From the NCBI GenBank assembly GCA_947631335.1, contig CANRKZ010000002.1, positions 1 to 57,537 of the forward strand: a stretch of DNA of 57,537 nucleotides, given 5' to 3'. The stretch is from an uncultured Clostridia bacterium (GTDB lineage Bacteria > Bacillota > Clostridia > TANB77 > CAG-508). This document shows positions 1 through 10,414 of the stretch, piece by piece. The notes under the pieces are model-generated. The model saw only the letters and a list, made by a program, of their open reading frames with translations. It ran no database searches and was not told the origin of the DNA. The stretch's first letter is position 1. The number at the start of each line of letters is the position of its first letter. The translations under genes and the position numbers were made by a program.

Positions 1-152
1 TCTAGCTTCCTCAATATTAACAATGGTATCATCAATAAATAGAATTTTCTTTGGATTTATTTTTAATCTTTTTTCAAATTTTACTTACCTCCATATACTA
101 TTTCTCTTATCATAACACAAGATGCTAAATTTCTAAAATTCTATATTTTGTA

Positions 153-181
153 TTGACAAATCATAGAAATCTTTATATAAT
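153..181 (+). promoter_or_regulatory. sigma-A-type promoter (TTGACA-17 nt-TATAAT) with no convincing CDS downstream
   Basis: ttgacaaatcatagaaatctttatataat read directly. Followed by the hairpin accac-aaac-gtggt and an A/T-flanked stem around 233-281. Confidence 0.4.
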
Positions 182-461
182 AAATATAGGAAATGAAGAA
201 ACCACAAACGTGGTTTGCCAGTTTAGTATGTAAAAAAACACACCGAACGGTCAAGTTACAGATGTGTTTTTTTATTGTCTATTTGCTTAAAATTATAACC
301 AGTATAATCAAGGCAAATACTATAATAATTTCGACAACTAAGCCAATAAAAGTAGGTATATTATTCCTAATAAAACAGCTTCTATATTTACCAATATACA
401 ACATTATTAGATAAAATACAAGCGAACAGAACAAATTTTTTAAGAAAATTTATTTATATTC

Positions 462-489
462 TTGCAATTTATTAAATTTATGATATACT
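462..489 (+). promoter_or_regulatory. sigma-A-type promoter with extended -10 (TTGCAA ... TGaTATACT)
   Basis: cttgcaatttattaaatttatgatatact read directly. The transcript would run into the terminator at 564-594 without a credible ORF. Confidence 0.35.
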
Positions 490-594
490 TTAGTAAATTG
501 ATTGATATTTGTGTCAATCGTTAAATGAGAGAAAAAGTTGTAGATAACTACGACGTCCACTCCAAAAATCCAGTAAATGTTTACTGGATTTTTC
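490..594 (+). ncRNA. candidate small structured RNA (promoter-to-terminator unit, ~100 nt)
   Basis: Three hairpins read by eye: gattga/tcaatc, gttgtag/ctacgac, and the terminator stem atccagtaaa/tttactggat. No SD-preceded ORF. Convergent with sigH. Confidence 0.2.
564..594. terminator. bidirectional intrinsic terminator downstream of sigH
   Basis: aaaaatccagtaaa-tgt-ttactggattttt: perfect stem flanked by an A-run and a T-run. Confidence 0.6.
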
Positions 595-621
595 TTTTAA
601 TTACTATTTTATTTTTACTTA

Positions 622-1266
622 TTAATTCTCAAACATGTTTTTTATTGCCTTTTTTCTAATTCTCTGTATTGCGTTATCTACTGATTTAACTGGAGAGTCT
701 AATTTTTTTGCAATTGTTAAATAACTTTCTCCTTTCAAAAATCTATCTAATACCTGTTTTTCAAATTTACTTAAATTCTTATTAACAGCATTTTCTACTT
801 CTGTATAATATTCTTTTTTCATAATCGTTTCTAAGGGATCCTCTATCACCTTACTATTAAATGTATCAATTAGTTCGACACTATCTTCTTCATTGTTGTC
901 ATAAGCAGCTGTATTCAAAGATAAATAAGAATTTAAAGGCATATGTTTTTGTCTATTCGAACTTTTTATGGCTGTTATTAATTGTCTTTCAATACAAATA
1001 TTGGCAAAAGATTTAAAAGAATTTTGTTTCTCTATCTTAAAGTCTTTAATAGCTTTAAACAAACCAATCATTCCTTCTTGAAAAACATCTTCTTTTTCAG
1101 CACCAATCATAAAATACTTACTCACTTTTATATTAACAAGAGGTTTATATTTTTCTAACAAATAAACTAAAGCATCTTTATCACCTTGTTTAATTTGAGA
1201 TATTGTTTGTTCATCTGTTAAATTACTATATTTATCTGTCGTAAAAAATACATTCTCATTTTGCAT
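622..1266 (-). CDS. sigH: RNA polymerase sporulation sigma factor SigH
   Basis: 214 aa. QEGMIGLFKAIKDFK, RQKHMPLNSY and VKSVDNAIQRIRKK match the SigH pattern as I recall it from Bacillus subtilis. Confidence 0.9.
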   Translation of the reverse strand: MQNENVFFTTDKYSNLTDEQTISQIKQGDKDALVYLLEKYKPLVNIKVSKYFMIGAEKEDVFQEGMIGLFKAIKDFKIEKQNSFKSFANICIERQLITAIKSSNRQKHMPLNSYLSLNTAAYDNNEEDSVELIDTFNSKVIEDPLETIMKKEYYTEVENAVNKNLSKFEKQVLDRFLKGESYLTIAKKLDSPVKSVDNAIQRIRKKAIKNMFEN

Positions 1267-1351
1267 ATGTCAAAATACCCCCAAAAGCGCTTTTTTAGTA
1301 TTATATATGTGAAAAATACTAATGTCAAGCAGTTTTTTGCTAAATTTCACT

Positions 1352-3085
1352 TTATTTTATTTCACTTTCAAAGATTTGCCATACATCTTCTGATTCCATA
1401 TCCTTTTTCCAGGAAGCTACACCTGCTAAATCATTTTCTTTTATTAATGATATTTTTGCTTTTAAGGATTCTAAATCTTCTATCCAGATTTGTTTTTTAT
1501 TTTCTCTGTCTGTATATTCTACATAATTTTGTTTTAGGTTATTATCCCATTCTTTTTTGATATCTTCTGGTAATATTTTATTAAGGTTTTTCATATCTAC
1601 CGTATTTCTACTAATAATTTCACCATTTGGATTAGTTGTCCAAACTCTTGTATAAAAAGGAACTGCAAGTATAATTTTTTGTGATTCAATCTCTTCTGTT
1701 TCTAAAAATTTGTTTAAATTTAATTTAATCCAATCATATCCAGCTGTTGTTCCTGCTTTTGTACTAGATTCTCCGTACTCATCATAAGCCATAAATACAA
1801 TGTAATCGGCTACATCTCCTAGTATATGTCGATCAAAGCACAAAGACCATGTTTCCCCTCCGTCAGGTGCTGTAACATCTACAGAAGTTACTAAGCCTAT
1901 TTCTTTTAAACGTGGTGTTAATTCTATGATAAATCTCGAATACATATCTTTATCTTCTTGTTTCATATTTTCAAAATCAACATTAATTCCATCTAATTTA
2001 TATTTTACACATTTATCTACAATACTATCAATTAATTGCTGTCTTAATTCATAGCTATTAATTATATTAGAAGTAATTGATAAACTTTCCGCAGCTGCTT
2101 CTGCATTTGTAAGCATTGGCCAAACTTTATAACCATTTTTGTGGGCCCATTCAATATAAGCTTGTCCTTCATTTCCTATATTTTCTCTTAAAATTTCTTT
2201 CTCATCTAAATAAAAAAATGATGGTGAAACAACATTAATTCCTTGGATTCTTTCTCCACTTCTATCTGGTATCGAATTATAATTTGAAAAGTAATCCCAA
2301 GTCAAATTAACTTTTCCGCTAATTTGTTTTTCCTCTTCCATGTTCTCTCTTACTGTAAATTCATTTTCTAATTGATTTGATTTAATATATCCTACTTTTC
2401 CATTTTCAGTTCTAATTCGTGTACTTCCGTTATTGGTAGATACAACAATTACAGAATCACCTTTTTTTACTCGATCTACTGTTTTAGCAATAAAGTTTGT
2501 AGAAGATTTTACCGCAATATCGGTTGTCACAATTGCTTTTTTTTGTTCTCTTTCCATAGAATCCATTGTCACTACTTTTGTTTTTTCAATATTACAAATT
2601 TCAATATCATAAACATCTTTCATTTCTGAAATTGGTAGATACACAATTCCTTCTTTTTGAATCGCATGTGCATATATATTTTTCTCTGAGCCATTGATTG
2701 TAATTACATTTTTATCAAAACTGATAGTAGCACTTTTCTTTTCATAAGTTGTTATAATTTGATTATTTTCTACATCTTCATAGATATATTTATCAAAAAA
2801 ATTTGCAATATCTGCTTTTGATAGATAAATAATATTATCTTCAATAAGAACTTTGTTTTTTAAATTTGAAGTTACATTTTTATTATTTATTACTAAATTG
2901 GTTATTTTATTGTTATCTAGTATAATAAAATTATTAGCTATAATAGCAATAACTGCTATTACAATTATAGCAACAACAATAAAAAAAACTTTAATTATTG
3001 TTTTCTTTTTCTTATCAATTTCTTGTGGTGTCATACTCTTTTTTATTTTTTCTTTTTTGATTAACTCTCTTCTTCCTTTTCTCAT
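1352..3085 (-). CDS. membrane-anchored glycoside hydrolase family 18 protein (YaaH/YdhD-like, with SH3b-like and stalk domains)
   Basis: N-terminal TM segment. GH18 catalytic motif LDGINVDFE. SD aaggag upstream of the ATG at 3085. Confidence 0.75.
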   Translation of the reverse strand: MRKGRRELIKKEKIKKSMTPQEIDKKKKTIIKVFFIVVAIIVIAVIAIIANNFIILDNNKITNLVINNKNVTSNLKNKVLIEDNIIYLSKADIANFFDKYIYEDVENNQIITTYEKKSATISFDKNVITINGSEKNIYAHAIQKEGIVYLPISEMKDVYDIEICNIEKTKVVTMDSMEREQKKAIVTTDIAVKSSTNFIAKTVDRVKKGDSVIVVSTNNGSTRIRTENGKVGYIKSNQLENEFTVRENMEEEKQISGKVNLTWDYFSNYNSIPDRSGERIQGINVVSPSFFYLDEKEILRENIGNEGQAYIEWAHKNGYKVWPMLTNAEAAAESLSITSNIINSYELRQQLIDSIVDKCVKYKLDGINVDFENMKQEDKDMYSRFIIELTPRLKEIGLVTSVDVTAPDGGETWSLCFDRHILGDVADYIVFMAYDEYGESSTKAGTTAGYDWIKLNLNKFLETEEIESQKIILAVPFYTRVWTTNPNGEIISRNTVDMKNLNKILPEDIKKEWDNNLKQNYVEYTDRENKKQIWIEDLESLKAKISLIKENDLAGVASWKKDMESEDVWQIFESEIK

Positions 3086-3160
3086 TCTCCTACTCCTTAT
3101 CTTTTTTATTTTACTATATCATAAATTGTTTTTTTCGCAAATAAATTTTATAAAAATTTA

Positions 3161-3844
3161 TTATTTTTTCATATCACGTAAAATTTGCTTTTGCTCTTTG
3201 CTAAGTCGATAAGATTCAATTCCTTTTTGCAAAGCCTTATTATAAGTAAATTTGTCCAATTTTGCACTTTTTAAATATAATAATGTTTCTTCATAATATT
3301 TTACTAGACATATCGATATTGCCCATGCAACTGCCATTTGTACATAATAGCTTGTATTTTTAATTTCATCAAATTTTTCAAAAACTTGTTTTAAATACTT
3401 TTCCTCTATATAATAGTCTAATAACATTACAACTCCAAATCGAATTTCAAATTCCTTGTCTGATTCAAGATAAGAACAAATAAAATTCCACATTATTTCT
3501 TTGTTTTTATTGGTTATTTTTAATCCTGCACAAAAGACATCGCAAATTGCCCAATTATCTATTTTAGGTATAAATTTTTTTATTGATTCCATAATTGTAG
3601 AAAAATCCTCTTTTACTAACCCTATTAACATCCCTTGTAACATAATTTCTTCATAATATTCATCACCAATGTTTTTCATTAGAATTTTAAATTCATATTG
3701 CTTTAATAGTTGTTTTGCATAATTTCTAAGAACAGGGACTCTGACTCCAATAATATTGTTTGTGCCAGGACATAGTTTGCTATGAAATTTTTTATATTGT
3801 TTATCTTGCATATTAATTAATTGTTGTTTAATCTGTTGTTTCAT
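3161..3844 (-). CDS. DNA alkylation repair protein (AlkD/HEAT-repeat family)
   Basis: 227 aa helical-repeat protein with the family-typical N-terminus (YKKFHSKLCPGTNNIIGVRVPVLR). Confidence 0.65.
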   Translation of the reverse strand: MKQQIKQQLINMQDKQYKKFHSKLCPGTNNIIGVRVPVLRNYAKQLLKQYEFKILMKNIGDEYYEEIMLQGMLIGLVKEDFSTIMESIKKFIPKIDNWAICDVFCAGLKITNKNKEIMWNFICSYLESDKEFEIRFGVVMLLDYYIEEKYLKQVFEKFDEIKNTSYYVQMAVAWAISICLVKYYEETLLYLKSAKLDKFTYNKALQKGIESYRLSKEQKQILRDMKK

Positions 3845-3925
3845 TTATTTACTCCTTATTTTGATATTTTAAAACAGATATGCTTATATTATAACATATC
3901 TGTTTTATTTTGTATTTGAAATCAT

Positions 3926-5995
3926 TTATTTTAAAATTCTTATTGTGTTAAAAATTGTAATTAATGTTGTTCCTACATCTGCAAAAACTGCTTCCCACAT
4001 ATCCGCTATTCCTAATAAACTAAAAACTAAAACAAGTAATTTTACTCCAATTGAAAACATTAGATTTTGTTTGATGATTCTATTTGTTTTTTTTGAAATT
4101 TGAATTGCTTCTACTATCTTCTCTAGTTCATCTGTCATAATGACGATATCAGAAGCCTCAATTGCTGAACTAGATCCAACACCTCCCATTGATATTCCAA
4201 TATCTGCTCTTGCTAAAACTGGACTGTCATTAATACCATCTCCAACATAGGCGACTTTCTTTTTCGTTTTATTTAAGCTTAAAACTTTTTCTAACTCTTC
4301 GTATTTATTTTGTGGTAACATTTCTGACTTTACTTCATCAATGTTTACCTCTTTTGCAATTCTAATTGCAATTTCTTTTTTATCTCCTGTAAACATTTTT
4401 GTGTTAATCTTTAGTTGTTTAAGTTTTTGTATTGTTTCCTTTGCTCTTTCTTTTATTTTATCTGTTAGTAAAATACTTCCTACTATTTCATCATCTATTT
4501 TTAAATATAATAAAGTTCCATAATCTTTTTTCTCTTTTTCTATATTACTAACAAAGTTGCTATTACCAATCTTAATTGTTTTTTCTTGAAAATTATATTC
4601 TAATCCTTTACCAGATATTTCTTTAAAATCTGTAACTTTTGTAGTATCCATATTATTTTCTACTTCTTTTAATATTGATTTTGCAATAGGATGATTTGAA
4701 AAACTCTCTCCCAAAGCAAAGTAGTTTAATATTTCTCTTTCTGTATAATTTTTATTTATACAATTTACTTTACTTATGCTAAAGTTTCCTGTTGTAATAG
4801 TTCCTGTTTTGTCGAATATAATCTGTCCTATATCTTTTATACCATCTAAATAGTCACTACCCTTTATTAAAATTCCCTCTTTAGATGCTTTACCAATTCC
4901 ACTAAAATAACTAAGTGGTACTGATATGGCAATAGAACATGGACATGATATAACTAAGAAAATAAGTGCTTTATAAATACTTTCTTCATAAGTTACATTT
5001 TGCATAAAAACAGGCATAAAAATTGCAACGGCTAAAGCTAAGCCTAATACTATTGGTGTATAAATTCTAGCTGCTTTTGCTACAAAAGTTTCTGTTTTTG
5101 CTTTTTTGTCTGTTGCATTTTCTACTAAATTTAAAATTTGACTAACAGTACTATTTTCATAATTTTCTTCTACTCTTACTTCTAAAAGTCCTCGGACGTT
5201 AATACTACCTGAAAGTACTTTTTCATTCTCTTTTACTTCTACCAAAGTACTTTCTCCTGTTAAAGCTGAATAATCCATTTCAGCCTGTCCTTTTGTAATA
5301 ATTCCATCCAAAGGAATTCTTTCGCCTACTTTTACTAGTATAGTATCTCCTATTTTTATGGTTTTGGGATTAACCTTTCTTACTTCATCTCCTACTTTTA
5401 AGTTTGCATATTCTGGTTTTATATTCATTAAATTAGAAATAGATTTACGTGTTTTATTAACTGCTCTTGCTTCTAATATTTTTCCAATTTCGTATAAAGT
5501 AATAACCATAATTCCTTCTGTTATCTTATCTACTAAGCAAGCTCCTATTACAGAAATAGTAATGAGTACATTTTCATCTAAAGTTCCCTTTTTTATTTGC
5601 AGAAAAGCTTTCTTTGCAGTTTGATAAAGCAAAATTATTAAAGAAATAATTAAGAAAATAATTTGTACTAAATTATTTATTTTTAAATTTATTGCAATAA
5701 AATATAAAACAATTCCTATAATAAGTCTTAAAATGTCATAATTTGTTTTTTGCTTTTCTTCTTTTTTTTCTTCTATTTCTAATACATTAACATCTGGTTC
5801 TATTTTTTTTATTATTTCTATAATTTCTTTTTTAGGGCTTTCATAATTAGTTTTAAACGATAATTTTAATGTAGAAAAATTAACATTAACATCCTCATAT
5901 CCTTCTGTAGCTGCAATTTTATCTTCTATCTTTTTGGCACAATTTGCACAATCTAGACCTTCCAACAAGTACTTATAGTTCTTCAATATGCTCAC
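3926..5995 (-). CDS. cadA: heavy-metal (Cd/Zn/Co-type) translocating P1B-type ATPase
   Basis: HMA motif GLDCANCA, CPC membrane motif, DKTGT phosphorylation site, GDGINDSP hinge. GTG start with SD. Confidence 0.9.
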   Translation of the reverse strand: MSILKNYKYLLEGLDCANCAKKIEDKIAATEGYEDVNVNFSTLKLSFKTNYESPKKEIIEIIKKIEPDVNVLEIEEKKEEKQKTNYDILRLIIGIVLYFIAINLKINNLVQIIFLIISLIILLYQTAKKAFLQIKKGTLDENVLITISVIGACLVDKITEGIMVITLYEIGKILEARAVNKTRKSISNLMNIKPEYANLKVGDEVRKVNPKTIKIGDTILVKVGERIPLDGIITKGQAEMDYSALTGESTLVEVKENEKVLSGSINVRGLLEVRVEENYENSTVSQILNLVENATDKKAKTETFVAKAARIYTPIVLGLALAVAIFMPVFMQNVTYEESIYKALIFLVISCPCSIAISVPLSYFSGIGKASKEGILIKGSDYLDGIKDIGQIIFDKTGTITTGNFSISKVNCINKNYTEREILNYFALGESFSNHPIAKSILKEVENNMDTTKVTDFKEISGKGLEYNFQEKTIKIGNSNFVSNIEKEKKDYGTLLYLKIDDEIVGSILLTDKIKERAKETIQKLKQLKINTKMFTGDKKEIAIRIAKEVNIDEVKSEMLPQNKYEELEKVLSLNKTKKKVAYVGDGINDSPVLARADIGISMGGVGSSSAIEASDIVIMTDELEKIVEAIQISKKTNRIIKQNLMFSIGVKLLVLVFSLLGIADMWEAVFADVGTTLITIFNTIRILK

Positions 5996-6326
5996 GCCCT
6001 TTCCTTACAATTTGAGAAATATGTTCATCATCTAAGCTATAATAAACTACCTTTCCTGCTTTTCTGTATTTGACTAATTTAGATTGTTTTAGGATTCTTA
6101 GTTGATGTGATATTGCTGACTGTGTAGTTTGTACTATATTGGCTATATCACAAACACATAATTCGTGTTCCATAAGAGCATAAATTATCTTCATTCTGGT
6201 AGAATCTGAAAAAACTTTAAAAAGTTCTGCTATATCATAAATCAAACCATCTTCTGGCATTTTTTCTTTTACTTTTTTTACAGTATCTTCATGAATTATC
6301 GTATTTTCGCAAATTCCTTCTTCCAT
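5973..6326 (-). CDS. ArsR/SmtB-family metal-responsive repressor (CadC-like)
   Basis: ELCVCDI and ISHQLRILK wHTH motifs. ATG at 6326 preceded by ggagg. Overlaps the cadA start. Confidence 0.85.
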   Translation of the reverse strand: MEEGICENTIIHEDTVKKVKEKMPEDGLIYDIAELFKVFSDSTRMKIIYALMEHELCVCDIANIVQTTQSAISHQLRILKQSKLVKYRKAGKVVYYSLDDEHISQIVRKGREHIEEL

Positions 6327-6544
6327 AATTCCTCCTTCTGCAACAATCACTAAAAGCAATTGTTGACTACCTATTTTTTAATTAATATTTGACTAATTAA
6401 ATATATGACCACTTGTTCATATATTTATTATATTTGTATTTTTTTCGTTTGTCAATTATTTTTATTAAAATTTTCTATTTTTTAATATTTACAATTACTT
6501 TCCAATTATTGTATAATAGTAAAATAGTAGAAAAGAGGTGTTTT

Positions 6545-7546
6545 ATGTATTATTTAGATGCAACTAATCTAATTAATGATAATGAATTAAAAAAAATCGC
6601 ACTTAGTATAAAAAAAGGTAAATTAGCACTATTCCCTACTGAAACAGTTTATGGAATTGGTACTAATGGATTAGATCAAAATGCTGTTAAAAAAATCTAT
6701 GATATAAAAGGCAGAAATTTCAATAATCCTATTAATTTATTAGTAAACTCTATGGAAATGGTTGAAATGCTTGCTCAAAATATTACCAACTTAGAATACA
6801 AACTAATGAAAGCTTTTTTTCCTGGTCCTTTTACTCTTATTTTAAAAAAGAAGCCAATTGTTCCTTCTATTATAACTGCTGGTTCTGATACAGTTGGTAT
6901 TCGTATGCCAAATAATGAAATTGCAAAAAAGCTTATTCAATATTCTAAAGTTCCTATTGCTGCCCCTAGTGCTAATATTTCAGGTAGACCTAGTGGAACA
7001 AAATTAGAAGATATTTTAGATGATTTTTCGGATAAAATAGATTTTGCAATTAACAGTGGAGCAACAAATTTAGGAATGGAATCTACTATTGTAAAAGTAA
7101 TTAATAACATTGCACATATTTTAAGACCTGGAAATATCACTCCAGAACAAATAAAAAAAGTTGCAGGTAATGTCATTATTGAAACATCTCACCTTCCAAG
7201 TGATCACTTGAAACATTATCAATTAAATACAAGAACTACTTTAGTTTATAGTAAAGATAAAAACAAAATGATAGAAAAAATAAAATCAATTGCTAAAAAT
7301 TATAAAAACCCAATTATTTTAAGTTTTTTTGAAGATTGTGATTACTACCATACTACCAAGATAATAGATATTGGTTCTAAATACAATTTACAGGAAGTTT
7401 CTAAAAATTTATTTTCAAATTTAAAAAAAGCTGAAAAAATAAAATCTGATATTATATTAATAGAAGGAATTAAAAAACAAGGCCTAGGATTAGCTATTAT
7501 GAACCGATTGTTAAATGTTTGCAATGGTAACTTTATTGAAATTTAG
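6545..7546 (+). CDS. tsaC: L-threonylcarbamoyladenylate synthase (Sua5/YwlC/TsaC)
   Basis: FPTETVYGIG motif plus a Sua5 C-terminal domain. ATG at 6545 preceded by aaagaggtg. The 44 upstream codons in the ORF track are low-complexity promoter DNA. Confidence 0.85.
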   Translation: MYYLDATNLINDNELKKIALSIKKGKLALFPTETVYGIGTNGLDQNAVKKIYDIKGRNFNNPINLLVNSMEMVEMLAQNITNLEYKLMKAFFPGPFTLILKKKPIVPSIITAGSDTVGIRMPNNEIAKKLIQYSKVPIAAPSANISGRPSGTKLEDILDDFSDKIDFAINSGATNLGMESTIVKVINNIAHILRPGNITPEQIKKVAGNVIIETSHLPSDHLKHYQLNTRTTLVYSKDKNKMIEKIKSIAKNYKNPIILSFFEDCDYYHTTKIIDIGSKYNLQEVSKNLFSNLKKAEKIKSDIILIEGIKKQGLGLAIMNRLLNVCNGNFIEI

Positions 7547-7669
7547 ATTAGAATTAATATTAAATTAATTAAAATTATTTGAAAAGCCAGCTTGATTAAA
7601 AAATACTTTTCTATCTATATTTTAGCATTTAATTAATACAAGTCTGGCTTTTTTATTTATAACAATTTT

Positions 7670-7905
7670 TTATTTTCTTTCGTTATTACATCCACAGTCA
7701 TTATTATATGGTTTCATATCATTCATATAAAATTTCTTTTCAGCTAGTTTATCTTGAACTCCTCTTAATGCTTCTCCAAATCTTTGGAAGTGTACAACTT
7801 CTCTTTGTCTTAGATATCTTAATGGATCTAACACTTCTGGATTGTCACGGCATAAGTTAATTAATTTTTCATAAGTTGCTCTTGCTTTTTGTTCTGCTGC
7901 AACAT
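7670..7905 (-). pseudogene. cotJC: cotJC 3' segment (split gene; encodes VAAEQKARATYEKLINLCRDNPEVLDPLRYLRQREVVHFQRFGEAL...ERK*)
   Basis: My own translation of the minus strand. It continues the CotJC (Mn-catalase-like) sequence that stops being homologous at 15319. Confidence 0.85.
7899..7905. repeat. left junction core GCAACAT (attL side)
   Basis: The identical 7-mer occurs at 15319-15325, exactly where cotJC homology breaks. Confidence 0.8.
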
Positions 7906-7995
7906 TGATGATACAACAACTTGATTTTTTGTTGATTTTTCAACATTCATTGTTGTACTAGCTTCTTCTATGTTGCAACTAGAATAATACAACAA

Positions 7996-9639
7996 TTAAA
8001 TTTTCCAATGTATCTTAATTGTTTTCTTGTGAGTTTTTGGGTCTTTCTGTCCAACCTCTATATATTCAATTAAGTTATCTACCATTTCTCTTGATAGCTC
8101 AGTTACATTTATATATTGCTTTAATAGTTCTTTCTTTGACTTTATCGTTTCTTGCTCATTTGAAAGTTCTAATAGTTTATCCTTCTTTTGTATCAACTGC
8201 TGTTCTATGGTTTCTTTGTCTTTTCTTAACTCTGTACTTAATGATATAAACTCTTCTTCTGTAATATGTCCATTGACCTTTTGCATAAATAAATCTTTTA
8301 ATGCTTTTGAATATTTGTTTATATTTCCTTCATACTGAGATATTTCTTCTTGCAATTGTTCTTTTTCACTTCTAACTCTCTTTAAAATAATGCTTTCCTC
8401 TAATTGTTCTACATTTAAGTATTGCTTTATTAACAAGTTTAGTTCTCTTAAAACTGTTTTCTTTAATCTTTCCTCTGATATAAAACTGCCTATGCAATCA
8501 CTTTTGTTTACTTGTCTAGTAGGACATCTCAAATATCTGTCATTGTGTGATTTACAAGATTTCATAGTATAACCACAATATTCACATTTGCATTTCTGTG
8601 CAAATACACCTATTTTACCACCTTTATATGGTTTATAGTTGTTGTTTCTTTTACTCTGCACACTATTCCACAAATCAATATCAATTATTGCCTCGTGTGT
8701 TCCTTCAACTATAAACCACTTGTCTTTAGGTCTAGGTTTATTCTTTTTAGTTCTAAAAGATACACTGCCATACTTACCTTGTACCATATTTCCTTTGTAC
8801 ATTTCATTTCCCAATATATCTGATATTGAAAAATATTTCCACTGCGTACCTAATTTGTTTGGTGGAGTCTTATATGCAATGCCTTGTTGTCTTTTATACT
8901 CGGTTGGATTTGGTATCCCTTGATTATTTAGTTCTCGTGCTATGGAAGTTTTTCCCATACCTTGGTTGTATAATGAAAATATCTGTTTTACAACTTTTGA
9001 TGCAACTGGGTCAATGATTAAATGTCCTTTTTTATTAGGGTCTTTTAAATAACCATACAATGGCACACTACCAATATATTCGCCCTTATTTCTTTTAATA
9101 TCAAGTGCTGATTTTATACTATCTGACATATCTTCAATGTACCACTGATTTGTTAGTCCATTGATTTGAATAGATTTTCTATTTCCTTTTAGTGCTGTAT
9201 CTGTATTATCAACTAAACCAATAAACCTAACATTCCATTCCTTAAATTTTTCAAGTACATACTGCTCAACCACAATACTATCTCTTGTAAATCTATTTAG
9301 ACTTTTGCATAGAACAATATCAACTTCTCCACGCTCTGCTAACTCTAATACTTTATTATAATTGGGTCTATCTTGATTCATTCCTGCCCAGTCCTCATCT
9401 ACAAATGTACCTACTATGTCCCAATCCTCATTGCTGTTGGCATACTCTGTCAACATTATTTTTTGATTTTTAATACTCTCGCTTTCATCCTCCTTATTTT
9501 TCTTATTCCTATCCTCTTGTGATAATCTGCAATAAATTGCTACTCTGTACCTTTTCTTTTCCGCAACTGTTTTGATTTCTTCTATTTTATTATTAGAAAT
9601 AGCAGTATATGGATTTTTCAAAGTATTTGTTTCATTCAT
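7996..9639 (-). CDS. large serine recombinase (SpoIVCA/phage-integrase type)
   Basis: N-terminal resolvase catalytic domain (VAIYCRLSQED...SIKNQK), recombinase domain, Cys-rich zinc ribbon (CEYCG...CPTR), C-terminal coiled coil. ATG at 9639 after aggagg. Confidence 0.9.
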   Translation of the reverse strand: MNETNTLKNPYTAISNNKIEEIKTVAEKKRYRVAIYCRLSQEDRNKKNKEDESESIKNQKIMLTEYANSNEDWDIVGTFVDEDWAGMNQDRPNYNKVLELAERGEVDIVLCKSLNRFTRDSIVVEQYVLEKFKEWNVRFIGLVDNTDTALKGNRKSIQINGLTNQWYIEDMSDSIKSALDIKRNKGEYIGSVPLYGYLKDPNKKGHLIIDPVASKVVKQIFSLYNQGMGKTSIARELNNQGIPNPTEYKRQQGIAYKTPPNKLGTQWKYFSISDILGNEMYKGNMVQGKYGSVSFRTKKNKPRPKDKWFIVEGTHEAIIDIDLWNSVQSKRNNNYKPYKGGKIGVFAQKCKCEYCGYTMKSCKSHNDRYLRCPTRQVNKSDCIGSFISEERLKKTVLRELNLLIKQYLNVEQLEESIILKRVRSEKEQLQEEISQYEGNINKYSKALKDLFMQKVNGHITEEEFISLSTELRKDKETIEQQLIQKKDKLLELSNEQETIKSKKELLKQYINVTELSREMVDNLIEYIEVGQKDPKTHKKTIKIHWKI

Positions 9640-9739
9640 TTTATATTTCCTCCTATCAGAAAACAATAAAATGAACCAATATTATCTGCTACATCTTATA
9701 ACATATAATATTGGTTCTTGTAAACTGCTCTCTCTAATT

Positions 9740-9850
9740 TTATTTATTTAACATTAAATTTACTACAACTTGCCAAGCCTCATTAAAAGCATGACTTCTA
9801 TCTGTTTCACTCTCTGAAACAAACACATTCTCACATACTATTGTATTCAT
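9740..9850 (-). CDS. 36-aa hypothetical protein upstream of the recombinase gene
   Basis: ATG at 9850 preceded by gaggtg. MNTIVCENVFVSESETDRSHAFNEAWQVVVNLMLNK. Too short for the ORF track. Confidence 0.3.
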   Translation of the reverse strand: MNTIVCENVFVSESETDRSHAFNEAWQVVVNLMLNK

Positions 9851-10321
9851 CTTCTATACACCTCGTTTAGTAAAATCCTATTCAATAGACAAAACACTTA
9901 TGCTTTGTTATTTATAATAAATGTGTTTTATTTATCTATTGATAGCTCTGTTGCACTTTGCTAGGTGTAAATAATCATTAAACTACTGCAATATAGCAGT
10001 ACATAGGAATTTCACCTCTCGGCTATCTGCCCAGTTGCCCCATTTCGTGCGATGTCTTACTTATTAAAAGTAAAATTATTACTATAAAATAAGTTTACAC
10101 TCAAGTTTTGGGTGCAAATGTATTTACTATTTTCTACCTTATAAACTAATAGTAAATAAGTTTAATGATTCTATTTAATTTTCAATGTACTGCAATTCCT
10201 TAATTTAAAGGCATTGTTATAAGTTCTTTAGACTTAATAATATGTTTGATTGCAATCAAGGAAAATTATCCTTCTCATTAATATTTTACTGTGGTTGATT
10301 TGGAAACTAATAGAAATGAAA

Positions 10322-10355
10322 AGTAGTACTAAAATCGGTCGTTTTTGGTACTACT
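10322..10355. repeat. 13-bp-stem hairpin (agtagtactaaaa / tttttggtactact)
   Basis: Read directly. One G-T pair, 7-nt loop. Confidence 0.5.
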
Positions 10356-10367
10356 AAAAAGACTACT

Positions 10368-10414
10368 CTTGATATATCAACACCGTATTTGCTTAAAGTG
10401 TTTAATATATCAAG
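10368..10414. repeat. perfect 10-bp inverted repeat cttgatatat ... atatatcaag (27-nt spacer) upstream of the resolvase gene
   Basis: Read directly. Confidence 0.5.

Noticed and set aside
1-90. Minus-strand frame encoding ...VKFEKRLKINPKKILFIDDTIVNIEEAR, which looks like the C-terminal part of a HAD-family hydrolase.
   Set aside because: An in-frame TAA lies immediately upstream, there is no start codon, and the rest lies outside the window. I cannot tell whether it is a fragment, a frameshifted gene or a chance match.
193-414. 73-aa plus-strand ORF downstream of the 153-181 promoter.
   Set aside because: No usable SD spacing. The translation is low-complexity and runs through hairpin/terminator-like sequence. 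Kept only as part of a possible sRNA locus.
1261-1560. Plus-strand ORFs in the track that lie antisense to long minus-strand genes (e.g. 1261-1560, 2853-3212, 4341-4523, 5358-5624, 8019-9017, 23252-23539, 36646-37698, 38573-39775, 41978-42319, 54387-54908, 55045-55872, 56656-57174).
   Set aside because: Low-complexity Leu/Phe/Ile/Ser-rich translations with no SD. Each is fully embedded opposite a gene with clear family motifs, so they are shadow ORFs typical of AT-rich DNA.
6413-6544. N-terminal 44-codon extension of tsaC in the ORF track, and similar extensions for the cadC-like gene, mutS, miaB, purA, pfk, lexA, rpmE, rpmF, ymdB and the valS 5' fragment.
   Set aside because: Internal ATG/GTG codons with proper SD sequences coincide with the conserved N-termini. 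The extensions translate promoter or leader DNA.
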